Source of the DNA: a virus | Lineage: Duplodnaviria; Caudoviricetes | DNA: 64,000 nt | Virus record (IMG/VR): IMGVR_UViG_3300031088_000758 | Reading direction: 5' to 3' (one strand) | Shown: positions 38,035 through 47,451 of the stretch, piece by piece | Layout of the letters: the number at the start of each line of letters is the position of its first letter | How positions within the stretch are numbered: the first letter of the stretch is position 1 | Program-made: the position numbers and the translations under genes | The notes under the pieces: model-generated | The model's input: the letters and a program-made list of their open reading frames with translations, nothing else | What the model was told of the DNA's origin: nothing | Database searches by the model: none

Positions 38035-40386
38035 ATGCCAAAAAGAACCGATAAAAATTACGTGGATACTGACATTAACGGGTTTTTTTCACATAAAGAC
38101 GAACCGATAAAGACAGACTTCGCTCCAAAAGCACCTGGATTTTTTGGTATTGTAGGAAAGTTGTTTAGTTTTGTTAGTGTAGCTGTGGTTATAGGTTTAC
38201 TTCTTACTTTGATGCCTACTGCAGCTATTAGTGGCGGGGTAATGGGAACGGCTGAAGCAGTAGACATATGGCGAGAACTCCCTGATGAACTTGATGATAT
38301 AAGTATCGCAGAGCGTAATGTCATGTATGATGCTAATGGTGACATATTTGCTCAAGTCTGGGCTGAAGATCGTGTGGCATTGGAATCGTTGGACGAAATT
38401 AGTGATTACGCTGAAAAAGGCTTGATAGCCACAGAGGATAAAAGATTCTATGAGCACACCGGAATTGACTATATAGGAACAGCACGTTCAGCTGTGAGTG
38501 GTTCTGGTGGTGGGTCTGGTTTGACTCAGCAATTGGTCAAGAATTTACAATTCTATAATATGGCTGGTAAAGAAGATAAAGAATCCGCAATTGAAACAAG
38601 TTATGCAAGAAAATTGCGCGAATTGAAGCTTGCTTATAACTATGAAGAAAATCATACAAAAGACGAAATTCTTCTTGAATATTTTAATACTGTTGCGTTT
38701 GGAGCACCTAATATTTACTCCATCGAATCAGCTTCACAGTATTTCTTTGGGAAATCAGCAAAAGATTTGACACTTGCTGAATCAGCCGTTCTAGTAGGTT
38801 CTGTCCAAAATCCAGTTATATATGATTTGAATGATGATGACCAAAAAGATTTGTGGAAAAATCGTCAATTAGCAGTTCTTGACAGAATGTTTGCTGAAGG
38901 TTATATAACACGTGAACAAGCACAGGAAGCTGCTGATGAGGAACTTACTCTAATTCGCAAAAAAACAAGTTATGGTAATTGTGCTTCAAGCAAATATCCT
39001 TTTTACTGCCAATATGTACTTGATCATTTAAGCAAGTCTCCAAGACTCGCTGAAACCCAAGAAGAAAGAGACGCTATTCTTGCTCGTGGTGGTTTACAAA
39101 TTAAAACATACTTAGAGCCACGTGTTGTGGATGAAATTAATGAAGAATTAAAGAACAGTTTTGGCAATGATTATCGTATTATTGCTCCTACAGCCGTAGT
39201 TGAACCAGGAACTGGAGGTGTCTCAGGTTTCGGTGTTAACCGAGAATACGGTGAAGGAGAAGGAAAGACTACTTTGAACTTGCCAAACACTCCTGTTGGT
39301 GTTGGTTCAACGTATAAACCAATTGTTTTAGCAGCTGCTTTTGATAGCGGTATGACTGAATCTGATCTGACATATAGTACACCTTGCCCATTCCGTCCTG
39401 ATGGCTACGATTATCCAGGTCAAGGATTCAAAAACTCTTTAGGGTGTAATAGTTTCCAAACTGGTGAATTAGACTATAAAGAAGCCACAGCTTGGTCTTC
39501 TAACACTTGGTATACAGATTTAGGAACTCGTGTAGGGTTGCCCAAAGTTAAGGAATTTAGTAAAGAGCTGGGATTGAATGTACCTGACAGTATTACAGAC
39601 AGAAGCCTTTCTCTTGTTCTTGGACCCGTAGAAAACAGCCCTGTTCAGATGGCAGCTGCATATGCAGCTTTTGCTAATCAAGGAATTTATTGTCCACCTA
39701 CTCCTGTTGCTAGTTATGAATATGCTGATGGAACAATACCTGCTATTCCTGATACTTATGACCCTGCATCAGAAGCATGTAAACGTGTTATGAGTCCTAA
39801 TACAGCAAGTTTGACTTTACAATCTTTGCGGGCTAATACTTATGAAGGTGAAGTTAAGAATCCTTTTGGTCGAACTGGTCAAGTGAGCGGTTATGATGCG
39901 GTAGGTAAATCTGGAACTAATGAAAGATTTGGATATAGCTGGGGACAAGTTTCTGCGAATTATTCAATGTTCATGAGTATCTATGATATGGATAGACCAA
40001 CTAATGAAGTATACGGTGTCACACGTTGGAGAGGTGCTACTCAATCTACTAATCCAGCTCCACAAGCAGGGGCTGCAGTATTACAAAGAGTTTTGCAAGG
40101 AACTCCAAAAGATAAGTTAGATTACAATAATAAAGATAAAAACAAAGAGACAGTTCCAGTAGAAAAACGTGATTTCTTTACTATCCCATCAGTCATAGGT
40201 ATGAAGCCTGCTGAAGCGGTTCAAGTTATGGAATCAGTGGGAATTACTACTCATGTAAGCAAAGAGACAAGAGATACACCTAACGAAAGCTATCCTGAAG
40301 GTGTAATAGTAGAACAGTCGTTAGAACCGGGAACTCAACTAGCAGTAGGAACTAGTAAAGAAGTGATCTTGTACATTACAGAATGA
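38035..40386 (+). CDS. Class A penicillin-binding protein (transglycosylase/transpeptidase, PASTA)
   Basis: TM, EDKRFYEHTGID, GSGLTQQLVKN, RKLRE, GSTYK (SxxK), SSN, KSGT, C-terminal PASTA. Confidence 0.92.
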   Translation: MPKRTDKNYVDTDINGFFSHKDEPIKTDFAPKAPGFFGIVGKLFSFVSVAVVIGLLLTLMPTAAISGGVMGTAEAVDIWRELPDELDDISIAERNVMYDANGDIFAQVWAEDRVALESLDEISDYAEKGLIATEDKRFYEHTGIDYIGTARSAVSGSGGGSGLTQQLVKNLQFYNMAGKEDKESAIETSYARKLRELKLAYNYEENHTKDEILLEYFNTVAFGAPNIYSIESASQYFFGKSAKDLTLAESAVLVGSVQNPVIYDLNDDDQKDLWKNRQLAVLDRMFAEGYITREQAQEAADEELTLIRKKTSYGNCASSKYPFYCQYVLDHLSKSPRLAETQEERDAILARGGLQIKTYLEPRVVDEINEELKNSFGNDYRIIAPTAVVEPGTGGVSGFGVNREYGEGEGKTTLNLPNTPVGVGSTYKPIVLAAAFDSGMTESDLTYSTPCPFRPDGYDYPGQGFKNSLGCNSFQTGELDYKEATAWSSNTWYTDLGTRVGLPKVKEFSKELGLNVPDSITDRSLSLVLGPVENSPVQMAAAYAAFANQGIYCPPTPVASYEYADGTIPAIPDTYDPASEACKRVMSPNTASLTLQSLRANTYEGEVKNPFGRTGQVSGYDAVGKSGTNERFGYSWGQVSANYSMFMSIYDMDRPTNEVYGVTRWRGATQSTNPAPQAGAAVLQRVLQGTPKDKLDYNNKDKNKETVPVEKRDFFTIPSVIGMKPAEAVQVMESVGITTHVSKETRDTPNESYPEGVIVEQSLEPGTQLAVGTSKEVILYITE

Positions 40387-40427
40387 TTTGCAGGTAAAGT
40401 TCAAATTTTAAGTTAAGGAAGATAAAA

Positions 40428-40925
40428 ATGACAATAAAGAAAGATGACGTTTTGGGCAAAGCAAAGAATGAGTTGGAAAGTTTCAAAACAGCAAAAGAAA
40501 AATTCGTCAATTCATACAAAGATTTAACAAATTCATATCAACAAGTATCCGATTCTATTGAAGAGTTGACAGATTTGAAAAAAATGATTGAAGAACAACT
40601 TGCAGAATTTAATGATATGGATGATTTGTCCTTTGAAAAAAGCGATTCTAACGGGAAGAAAGAACAAAAAGAAGAAAGTAGTAATTCTGCCTCTAAAAGT
40701 AGCAAAAAAGCCTCTTCTAGTCCAACTACACGTCCTTCCAGTGCTAAATCTAATACTAAAAAAGAACCTAATAAAGATTCCGATGAAAGCATAGATGAAG
40801 ACCAATCTGAAGAAGTTTCAGATCAGGATTTAGATAATGATTTAGGTATTTTGGACAAAGATTTGGATGTAGGTGAAGAAAACAAAAAGAACGAAGATGA
40901 AGATATAGATTTTCTTGATTTCTGA
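40428..40925 (+). CDS. Hypothetical coiled-coil/acidic protein
   Basis: 165 aa, AAGGA SD, ends DIDFLDF. Confidence 0.6.
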   Translation: MTIKKDDVLGKAKNELESFKTAKEKFVNSYKDLTNSYQQVSDSIEELTDLKKMIEEQLAEFNDMDDLSFEKSDSNGKKEQKEESSNSASKSSKKASSSPTTRPSSAKSNTKKEPNKDSDESIDEDQSEEVSDQDLDNDLGILDKDLDVGEENKKNEDEDIDFLDF

Positions 40926-41008
40926 GTTTTTTGACAATATAAGTTGATAAAATACTTAAACAATAATAGTTGTATATTTTTATTTAAAACGTAATGAAAG
41001 GTTAGCTA

Positions 41009-42211
41009 ATGGAGCTGAAAGTAGAGATTAAAAGTTTTGTTGATGCTGTAAATTGGGTCACTAAAAACTACAATGGAAAAGATGATAGAGCTTACGTGGC
41101 TTTAACAATAGATGAAAACGGAAATGGAAAAATTTCCCACACAAACACTACTTCTTATATGAAAAGTGATTATACTGTACTTGATGTAAATTTTGACAAT
41201 GATGACGAAACAGAAGCTGAGTTTGCGATTGATGGAAACTTTTTACGAAAGTTTTCGAAAGCTATTGCAAGTTCTGACGGAGCATTGACTTTAAGTAAGA
41301 ATTTAAAAAGTAAGAGGACTTCTTTAGAAGCGAAAACCAAATCAGGAAAATTCACTCTTCCTTTATATGATGCGAAAATCTCAAAAGAGCCAAAAGTATT
41401 TGAACTTGGTGAGGTTGATGATAACGAATTCTTTGACATGTTGATTCGTGTTTCTAAGCTTTGTGATACAAATACTTCTGGTTCATCAATGTTTACTGGG
41501 GCTGTTGATTTCGGATTTAACACTGAGGATAAGAAGATTAAGCTTTTTGCTACGGACAGATTTGCTTTAAGTGAGGTTGTATTAGACTTTACGCCTGCTT
41601 CTAGTGATGATGAAGAGGTAGAGGAAGTTCTTTCAAAGCACCTTTTGTTACCTTATGACAAAGCTGGTTTAGTAGCAGCAACTAAGGGAATCAGCACTTC
41701 AATTTCAATAATCGCTGAAAGTGGCAATAAGGGTATTATGAGAGTTGGATATTCTTTCCCAGATGGTCGAATTGCTTTGTTCTCATTGCTTGATGCTTCT
41801 ACGTTCCCTAATGTAGATGCCATGAAAAAGAAAGCTCTAGACCCAGCAACTAATCATATTACTGTTTCCAAATCTGATTTGATGAACGCTATTAGTGTTG
41901 TTTCAAGTTTAGCATGGGAAGAAGACCACATATATCTCACCATATCACAAGATGGAATGACTATTTCTGATTCAAGCAATCAAAACGCTTTAAGTATAGA
42001 ACATTCTTCTGTTGAGTATGAAGGTGATGAGCCTTATCGTGCGAAATTCTTGCGTGCTACTTTGAACGAATCATTTAGTCCTATTACTACCGCTGATGTT
42101 ACTCTAAAATGGGGTTCCGAAAGTGCAGCTTTTGTTTTTGAACCAATTACAGAAGATGGCAAAGCAATTGACACTGTGTTTGTTATGTCTGTTTTGGCAA
42201 AGAACGAATGA
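41009..42211 (+). CDS. dnaN: DNA polymerase III beta sliding clamp
   Basis: 400 aa, MELKVEIKSFVDAVNWV, LFATDRFALSE, three-domain pattern. Confidence 0.75.
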   Translation: MELKVEIKSFVDAVNWVTKNYNGKDDRAYVALTIDENGNGKISHTNTTSYMKSDYTVLDVNFDNDDETEAEFAIDGNFLRKFSKAIASSDGALTLSKNLKSKRTSLEAKTKSGKFTLPLYDAKISKEPKVFELGEVDDNEFFDMLIRVSKLCDTNTSGSSMFTGAVDFGFNTEDKKIKLFATDRFALSEVVLDFTPASSDDEEVEEVLSKHLLLPYDKAGLVAATKGISTSISIIAESGNKGIMRVGYSFPDGRIALFSLLDASTFPNVDAMKKKALDPATNHITVSKSDLMNAISVVSSLAWEEDHIYLTISQDGMTISDSSNQNALSIEHSSVEYEGDEPYRAKFLRATLNESFSPITTADVTLKWGSESAAFVFEPITEDGKAIDTVFVMSVLAKNE

Positions 42212-42228
42212 TTTTGTAGTTTAAACCA

Positions 42229-42909
42229 ATGAGGGATGGGAATATGATAGGAATCGGTATTTTTGGGTTAATTATTATACCTTCAATTTGTATAATGATT
42301 CTTTCTTTAGCTAAGCCACCTAGCTGGCTTAAAGATAGTGTTCTTTTCCCTCATTGGTTTAAAATAAACATGGGTTCGTTGGTTTTTTCGATAATTCTAG
42401 CGGCTGTATCTTACTTCTTGATTCATGAGAATTTCATTGCTGAATTTAAAATTGTTCATACTTTAGCTATAAGTTTATTAACTTTTATTTTTGGTCAAAC
42501 AATATTTACTGATGGATGGTTGAGATTAGCTGATAGAAGAATTTTACGGATTGCTAATGTTCTGTCTCTTATATGCGGAATTGGTTTTTTGCTTATATTT
42601 GGCAATCAAACAATGATAATGATTTATATCTTAATGTTCTTGTTAGCAACTGTAATCGTATTCTTACCTATGATTGGCACAAGTGATGGACGTGCTATAC
42701 AACTTATAGTTCTAGCAACTTATCCGACATTAGGTTTAGATAGAATGCAGTGGGGGATAATTGTTTTTGTTCCTGTTATTCTTATTTATGGATTAGTAGT
42801 GGCAATAAAAAATAAAAACATTAAAGGAATTTTTACTAAGATTTCTGTTCCTATGGTTCCTTTAATGTTGGCTCCATTTATACTAGTTTTGATGCTTCCT
42901 GTATTTTAA
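42229..42909 (+). CDS. Membrane protein, prepilin-peptidase (A24)-like
   Basis: Multi-TM; TDGWLRLADR and IGTSDGR Asp motifs; VPMVP tail. Confidence 0.6.
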   Translation: MRDGNMIGIGIFGLIIIPSICIMILSLAKPPSWLKDSVLFPHWFKINMGSLVFSIILAAVSYFLIHENFIAEFKIVHTLAISLLTFIFGQTIFTDGWLRLADRRILRIANVLSLICGIGFLLIFGNQTMIMIYILMFLLATVIVFLPMIGTSDGRAIQLIVLATYPTLGLDRMQWGIIVFVPVILIYGLVVAIKNKNIKGIFTKISVPMVPLMLAPFILVLMLPVF

Positions 42910-42989
42910 AGGTTGTTTTTGAAACTATGAGACAAACATTGGTTAAAATGATATTGCTATAAAAAGTAGAAAACAACGGAAGGTTTAAT

Positions 42990-43898
42990 ATGTCAGATAT
43001 TTTAGACAGTATTGATGATCTCATTGAAGATGATGATTATGATTTTAGTGATGCTCCTCAGATAGAAAATGCAGAGTTTGATAATTTTGCTGGAGATTTA
43101 GAGCAAGTTATTGAAGATGAAGGAGACATGAGCGAGTCAGAGGCAAAAGAGATTACTGAAGCTATTCGTTCAGCTGCAACAGCAACATATATTTTGCTTA
43201 CTCAGGCACATGAAGGAAAAGCATATAAGGCTCTCGGTTATGAAACTTGGGCGTCATATGTCAAAGAAGAATTTGAAATTAGCCCTCAAAGAAGCTACCA
43301 GTTGTTAGATCTTTCAAAAGTTATTAAAACTATTGAGGGTTCAGCTCCTGAGGGAACAGATGTTCGTTTAACAGAAGCACAAGCTCGTGATATTAAACGA
43401 GAGTTGCCGAAGATTACCGAACGCATTCAAGAAGAAACAAAAGATCTTTCTCCAGACGAAGCTCGTGAAAAAATTGATGACATTATTGATGAAGCTAGAA
43501 ATGAAGCTTCTGAGCAACGCAATTACGATGATAAAGCAACTGCTCAAAAAGAAAAAGAATTAGAAGATGCTGATCAAGAAGGTTATCACAGAGCGCTAGA
43601 AGATGTTGCTGATCAGATGCTTGAAGCTGATGCTACAACCAGACTAGGTGATAATGCGGATGATGAGTTGATTGAAGTAGAAGTTGAGGGTGACGGTGAT
43701 GGAATGTCACCACAGGATTCAATGGATTTGTATAATTTCGTTAACGCTATGAGTGGTATTTCTTCACTTCCTGAACCTGATGATTTTGTAAGAGTGGTTC
43801 CTGATGCTCGTTTCAGTGAAGTATATGAACAAGTTATGGAAGCTGCTTCATGGGTTAATCGTTTAGCAACTCTTATGGATATGAGAAAAGAATCTTAA
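42990..43898 (+). CDS. Hypothetical protein with HTH-like phage domain
   Basis: YKALGYETWASYVKEEFEISPQRSYQLL. Confidence 0.6.
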   Translation: MSDILDSIDDLIEDDDYDFSDAPQIENAEFDNFAGDLEQVIEDEGDMSESEAKEITEAIRSAATATYILLTQAHEGKAYKALGYETWASYVKEEFEISPQRSYQLLDLSKVIKTIEGSAPEGTDVRLTEAQARDIKRELPKITERIQEETKDLSPDEAREKIDDIIDEARNEASEQRNYDDKATAQKEKELEDADQEGYHRALEDVADQMLEADATTRLGDNADDELIEVEVEGDGDGMSPQDSMDLYNFVNAMSGISSLPEPDDFVRVVPDARFSEVYEQVMEAASWVNRLATLMDMRKES

Positions 43899-43931
43899 TA
43901 TTCAAAGATTTCATTGATGTTCAGAATTATC

Positions 43932-43974
43932 ATTTGAGCGCTATAAGTGTGGTATAAGCTTATAGCGCTCAAAT
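43932..43974. terminator. 16-bp perfect inverted repeat
   Basis: atttgagcgctataag / cttatagcgctcaaat, 11-nt loop. Confidence 0.7.
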
Positions 43975-44128
43975 TGTATTTAGATTTGTTATAATATATT
44001 TATAATAGAAAGCCTAAGTAGAAGAATAAAAATATAAAAATATATATTCTGTCTTTCGAATTGATTTTTATATTTTCTTATGGTAGAATTCTTATTAAGA
44101 ACGTTTTATAACGAAGAGAGGTATCAAA

Positions 44129-46180
44129 TTGAACATTAATGATATAAAAGAATCGCAAACAATTGATGATATGGAACTGGACGATTTTGAAGAAGATATT
44201 TTTGAACCTTCAATCAGTGTTAGATTTGTAGATGAAAGCGAAACTTATTCGCCTCTTATGTATGAAGATCTTCCGACAGAATACCAAGACATTCTGGATA
44301 ATATTGCTTCTGAGATTTTAGATCCTCATAGTGGTCATGTAGGCATAGTTGGAACTGCTTTGGCTGGTAAAACCTTTCTTATTCATCAATTAGTGGGAAA
44401 TATTGACAGATACTTGGATCGTTTAGAACGAGACAATATGCATTTTATTCACGTTGATGATGACGATTTGGACAATATTATGTCTTTGCCTAACCGTTAT
44501 CATACTTATATTTCATGTGTCATGTCTCAGCTTTCTTGTTCAGAAAGAGATATTACTTTTTACACAGAAGATCCTAGTGTGGCTGCTAAATTGTTTAGCT
44601 TTACCAAAAAAGCTAGGATTATTTTAGAAGCTTCACACTCAACTGTTGAAGGCATTGCTCATATGGAACATAGTGGAGCAACAAAAGTATGGGGTTCATG
44701 GACATTCATTGATGTTAATGAGATCTTCCTCAAGAAAAAAGACCTTGTTAATTTGCTCCATATGACACTCAATGAAAAAATCATGGAAGCATTCAAGGTA
44801 GATTTAGACCGTAAGACAATTTCCCTCTTTTTGAATCATTGTTTAAAGAATATGCCTGAGCTTCTAGGGCAAGAAGGCACTCAAAAGAACAGGGTACTAG
44901 TTCCTATCGGCATTTGGTCAGTAGTATTGAGGCGTATGGGCGGAGTTATGGGTCTGTCTGAATCAGCTAAATTGCGTAGCCGAAATAATCAGATTGTCAT
45001 GGCAAAAGTCATTGAAAGTGTGTACTCTGACAATGCTGAACTATTCCAAGATTTTGTTCAAGAAGAAAACTCAGAAAATCTCTTAGTTATACCAAGTCCT
45101 GATGGACGTAGCGCTCTCAGGATTCCAATTCCTACCCAACTTTTTGAGCAGCTCCAAGCACAGGAGCAAGATGATGATGATAAGCCTGTTATTGCTCAAA
45201 AACTTGCTTTTAATAAAATTGATGAATTAGAGCAAAACCTACATAAAGAGGTTATTGGTCAGGACCCTGCAATTGATACTATTGTTGAGAGTATGGTCGT
45301 TCCAGCAGCAGGTTTGAACGACGATAGTAAGCCTATTAAAACTATGCTGTTCTTAGGTCCAACTGGAACAGGTAAGACTAAAATGGCATTAACTTTGGCT
45401 AAAAGTATTGCTGAAGAACCGCTTAATGTCATTCGTATTGATATGAGTGAGTATTCACAAGCCCATGAAGCAGCTAAATTGTTGGGAGCACCTCCAGGAT
45501 ATGCAGGATTTGAAAAAGGTGGTGTCTTAACAAACGCTGTAAAAAAACACCCTAACTCTTTGATCTTGCTGGATGAAATCGAAAAAGCTCACGCTAAAAT
45601 TTGGGATAGTTTCTTGCAAATCTTCGATGCTGGAAGAATGACTGATGGAAGTGGAAATACAATTGATTTCACACAAACTGTCATTGTTATGACTTCAAAC
45701 ATAGGTGCTAGTAAGATTAGCAAAAAATCCCCAGGATTTAGTGCTATTAGCGAAGCAGAAGCTTATGATAAGAGACAGAAAGACTCAAAGACTATTATCA
45801 CAAAAGCTCTTGAAGATGAGTTCCGACCTGAACTAATTAACCGTATTGACGAATTAGTAATCTTTAATGAACTTTCGCTTGAAACTTCACGCAAAATCGT
45901 TCGTAAAGAAATAGGTATCCTTGAAGAGCGCATGACTAAACAGGGTTATGTGTTAGGAGACATTGAAAACGATATTATTGATGAAATCTTGTCTAAATCA
46001 AATGTTTCAAAATATGGTGCTCGTGAAATTCAAAGAGTGATACTTCGTAATCTTAGCAGTCCAATCGCTCGAAATATGTTAGATAAGCCTCTGGCTAAAT
46101 CTGACAAAGAATTGATTGAATCCAGTACTTTGAAGTTGATTCTAGATAAAGAAAAAAACATTTTAGTTAAAAAAGTTTGA
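44129..46180 (+). CDS. ClpA/ClpB-family AAA+ ATPase (intact NBD2, divergent NBD1)
   Basis: VIGQD, GPTGTGKT, IDMSEY, GAPPGYAG, LLDEIEKAH, FRPELINRID, YGARE; N-terminal GTALAGKT. Confidence 0.88.
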   Translation: MNINDIKESQTIDDMELDDFEEDIFEPSISVRFVDESETYSPLMYEDLPTEYQDILDNIASEILDPHSGHVGIVGTALAGKTFLIHQLVGNIDRYLDRLERDNMHFIHVDDDDLDNIMSLPNRYHTYISCVMSQLSCSERDITFYTEDPSVAAKLFSFTKKARIILEASHSTVEGIAHMEHSGATKVWGSWTFIDVNEIFLKKKDLVNLLHMTLNEKIMEAFKVDLDRKTISLFLNHCLKNMPELLGQEGTQKNRVLVPIGIWSVVLRRMGGVMGLSESAKLRSRNNQIVMAKVIESVYSDNAELFQDFVQEENSENLLVIPSPDGRSALRIPIPTQLFEQLQAQEQDDDDKPVIAQKLAFNKIDELEQNLHKEVIGQDPAIDTIVESMVVPAAGLNDDSKPIKTMLFLGPTGTGKTKMALTLAKSIAEEPLNVIRIDMSEYSQAHEAAKLLGAPPGYAGFEKGGVLTNAVKKHPNSLILLDEIEKAHAKIWDSFLQIFDAGRMTDGSGNTIDFTQTVIVMTSNIGASKISKKSPGFSAISEAEAYDKRQKDSKTIITKALEDEFRPELINRIDELVIFNELSLETSRKIVRKEIGILEERMTKQGYVLGDIENDIIDEILSKSNVSKYGAREIQRVILRNLSSPIARNMLDKPLAKSDKELIESSTLKLILDKEKNILVKKV

Positions 46181-46215
46181 ATAACTAAAAAGACATAAAA
46201 AGAAACGGAGCAAGT

Positions 46216-47295
46216 ATGTCTCAAGACTACGGAATTGACAATGAAGGCACTGGTTTTGACTTTGATGATGAAGAAGACATTGAAAAAGTTTTTAACAGGG
46301 TCTCACAAGCTGCTGACCCTGGAGAAGATAATGATGATTCTCATTTAGCTTACGTGTATGACAATCAAAGTAATGATGAATACACTGAGGAAAAAGATGA
46401 TACGCCTTCCTCAATCTCAACAGTTGATGAGCATGTAGAATTTGAAGCACCAGTAGAAGCTGATGACAGTAGATCCAACAATTCTTGGGAAGTTGTCAAT
46501 CAAGATGATTCTTCTCAATTAGTTCATGAAGTTCCCACTTATGATGACAGTATTGATGCTGCTTCTGATGACAACTATGAAGCACATGAAGAATTTATCG
46601 TAGATGATTCAACTAGTGCTAATGAGTCTGAAGAAAATATTTCTCATGAAACTTTGTCACCTGAAAACCGAAGAGTTTACAATTCTGATTCGTCATATGC
46701 TGGTGAAGGAGATCTTCCAGAGACTCAACCTAAGAGGTATGGAACACATAGTTCTGGGACACCAGTAGAGTCTTACAGTGCTTCAACCCCATCTCCTACA
46801 CCACAAGATAATGTGGCACCATTGACAACACCTGTTGCTTCTTCTAGAAGGTTTAACATACCAACAGAGAAAGAAGATATAGCACATGCAGAAAGAGTTA
46901 TCAAAATTATTGATGTTTATAGAGGATTGTCAAACCAAAATGTTGTAGCACAATTAATCTATAATGAAAATGAAGTAGATCATAAAGATGAAGCCTCATT
47001 AGTTGTCAAAGCGTTAAGAGCTGATCCTGTTTTATCCGAAATGATGACAGCACTGCGTGAAGCAGCACTTGAAAAAGATCGAGTTGAAAGAGTATTCTAC
47101 ATTCTAAGATTAGAGCGACATTTGTTGAATTATTTAGGAGATTTTTTGACAACAATTGTTGGTGCTGAATTTACTGACAAGAACGATCAAATTGGGTATT
47201 CAAAACAAATAGAAACTGTTATTGAAGGTCTCGATTCTAAAATTGTTCAGATAGTTGCTGATGCTCAATCTGTTCTAGCAGCTGCACACGAGTGA
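46216..47295 (+). CDS. Hypothetical protein with acidic disordered N-terminus
   Basis: 359 aa, GGAG SD. Confidence 0.65.
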   Translation: MSQDYGIDNEGTGFDFDDEEDIEKVFNRVSQAADPGEDNDDSHLAYVYDNQSNDEYTEEKDDTPSSISTVDEHVEFEAPVEADDSRSNNSWEVVNQDDSSQLVHEVPTYDDSIDAASDDNYEAHEEFIVDDSTSANESEENISHETLSPENRRVYNSDSSYAGEGDLPETQPKRYGTHSSGTPVESYSASTPSPTPQDNVAPLTTPVASSRRFNIPTEKEDIAHAERVIKIIDVYRGLSNQNVVAQLIYNENEVDHKDEASLVVKALRADPVLSEMMTALREAALEKDRVERVFYILRLERHLLNYLGDFLTTIVGAEFTDKNDQIGYSKQIETVIEGLDSKIVQIVADAQSVLAAAHE

Positions 47296-47301
47296 TGGTT
47301 A

Positions 47302-47349
47302 AATAATTATTGAGCACCAAAACAATAAATTTGGTGCTCAATAATTATT
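47302..47349. terminator. 20-bp perfect inverted repeat
   Basis: aataattattgagcaccaaa / tttggtgctcaataattatt, 8-nt loop. Confidence 0.7.
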
Positions 47350-47451
47350 GCAATGGAAAAAACATTATTAATTTGTAAAATTGGTAGAATATGACTAAAC
47401 AATAGAATTGTAGAACGTTGGTATGCTTATTAGTGGAGAGAATGGTCTAAG

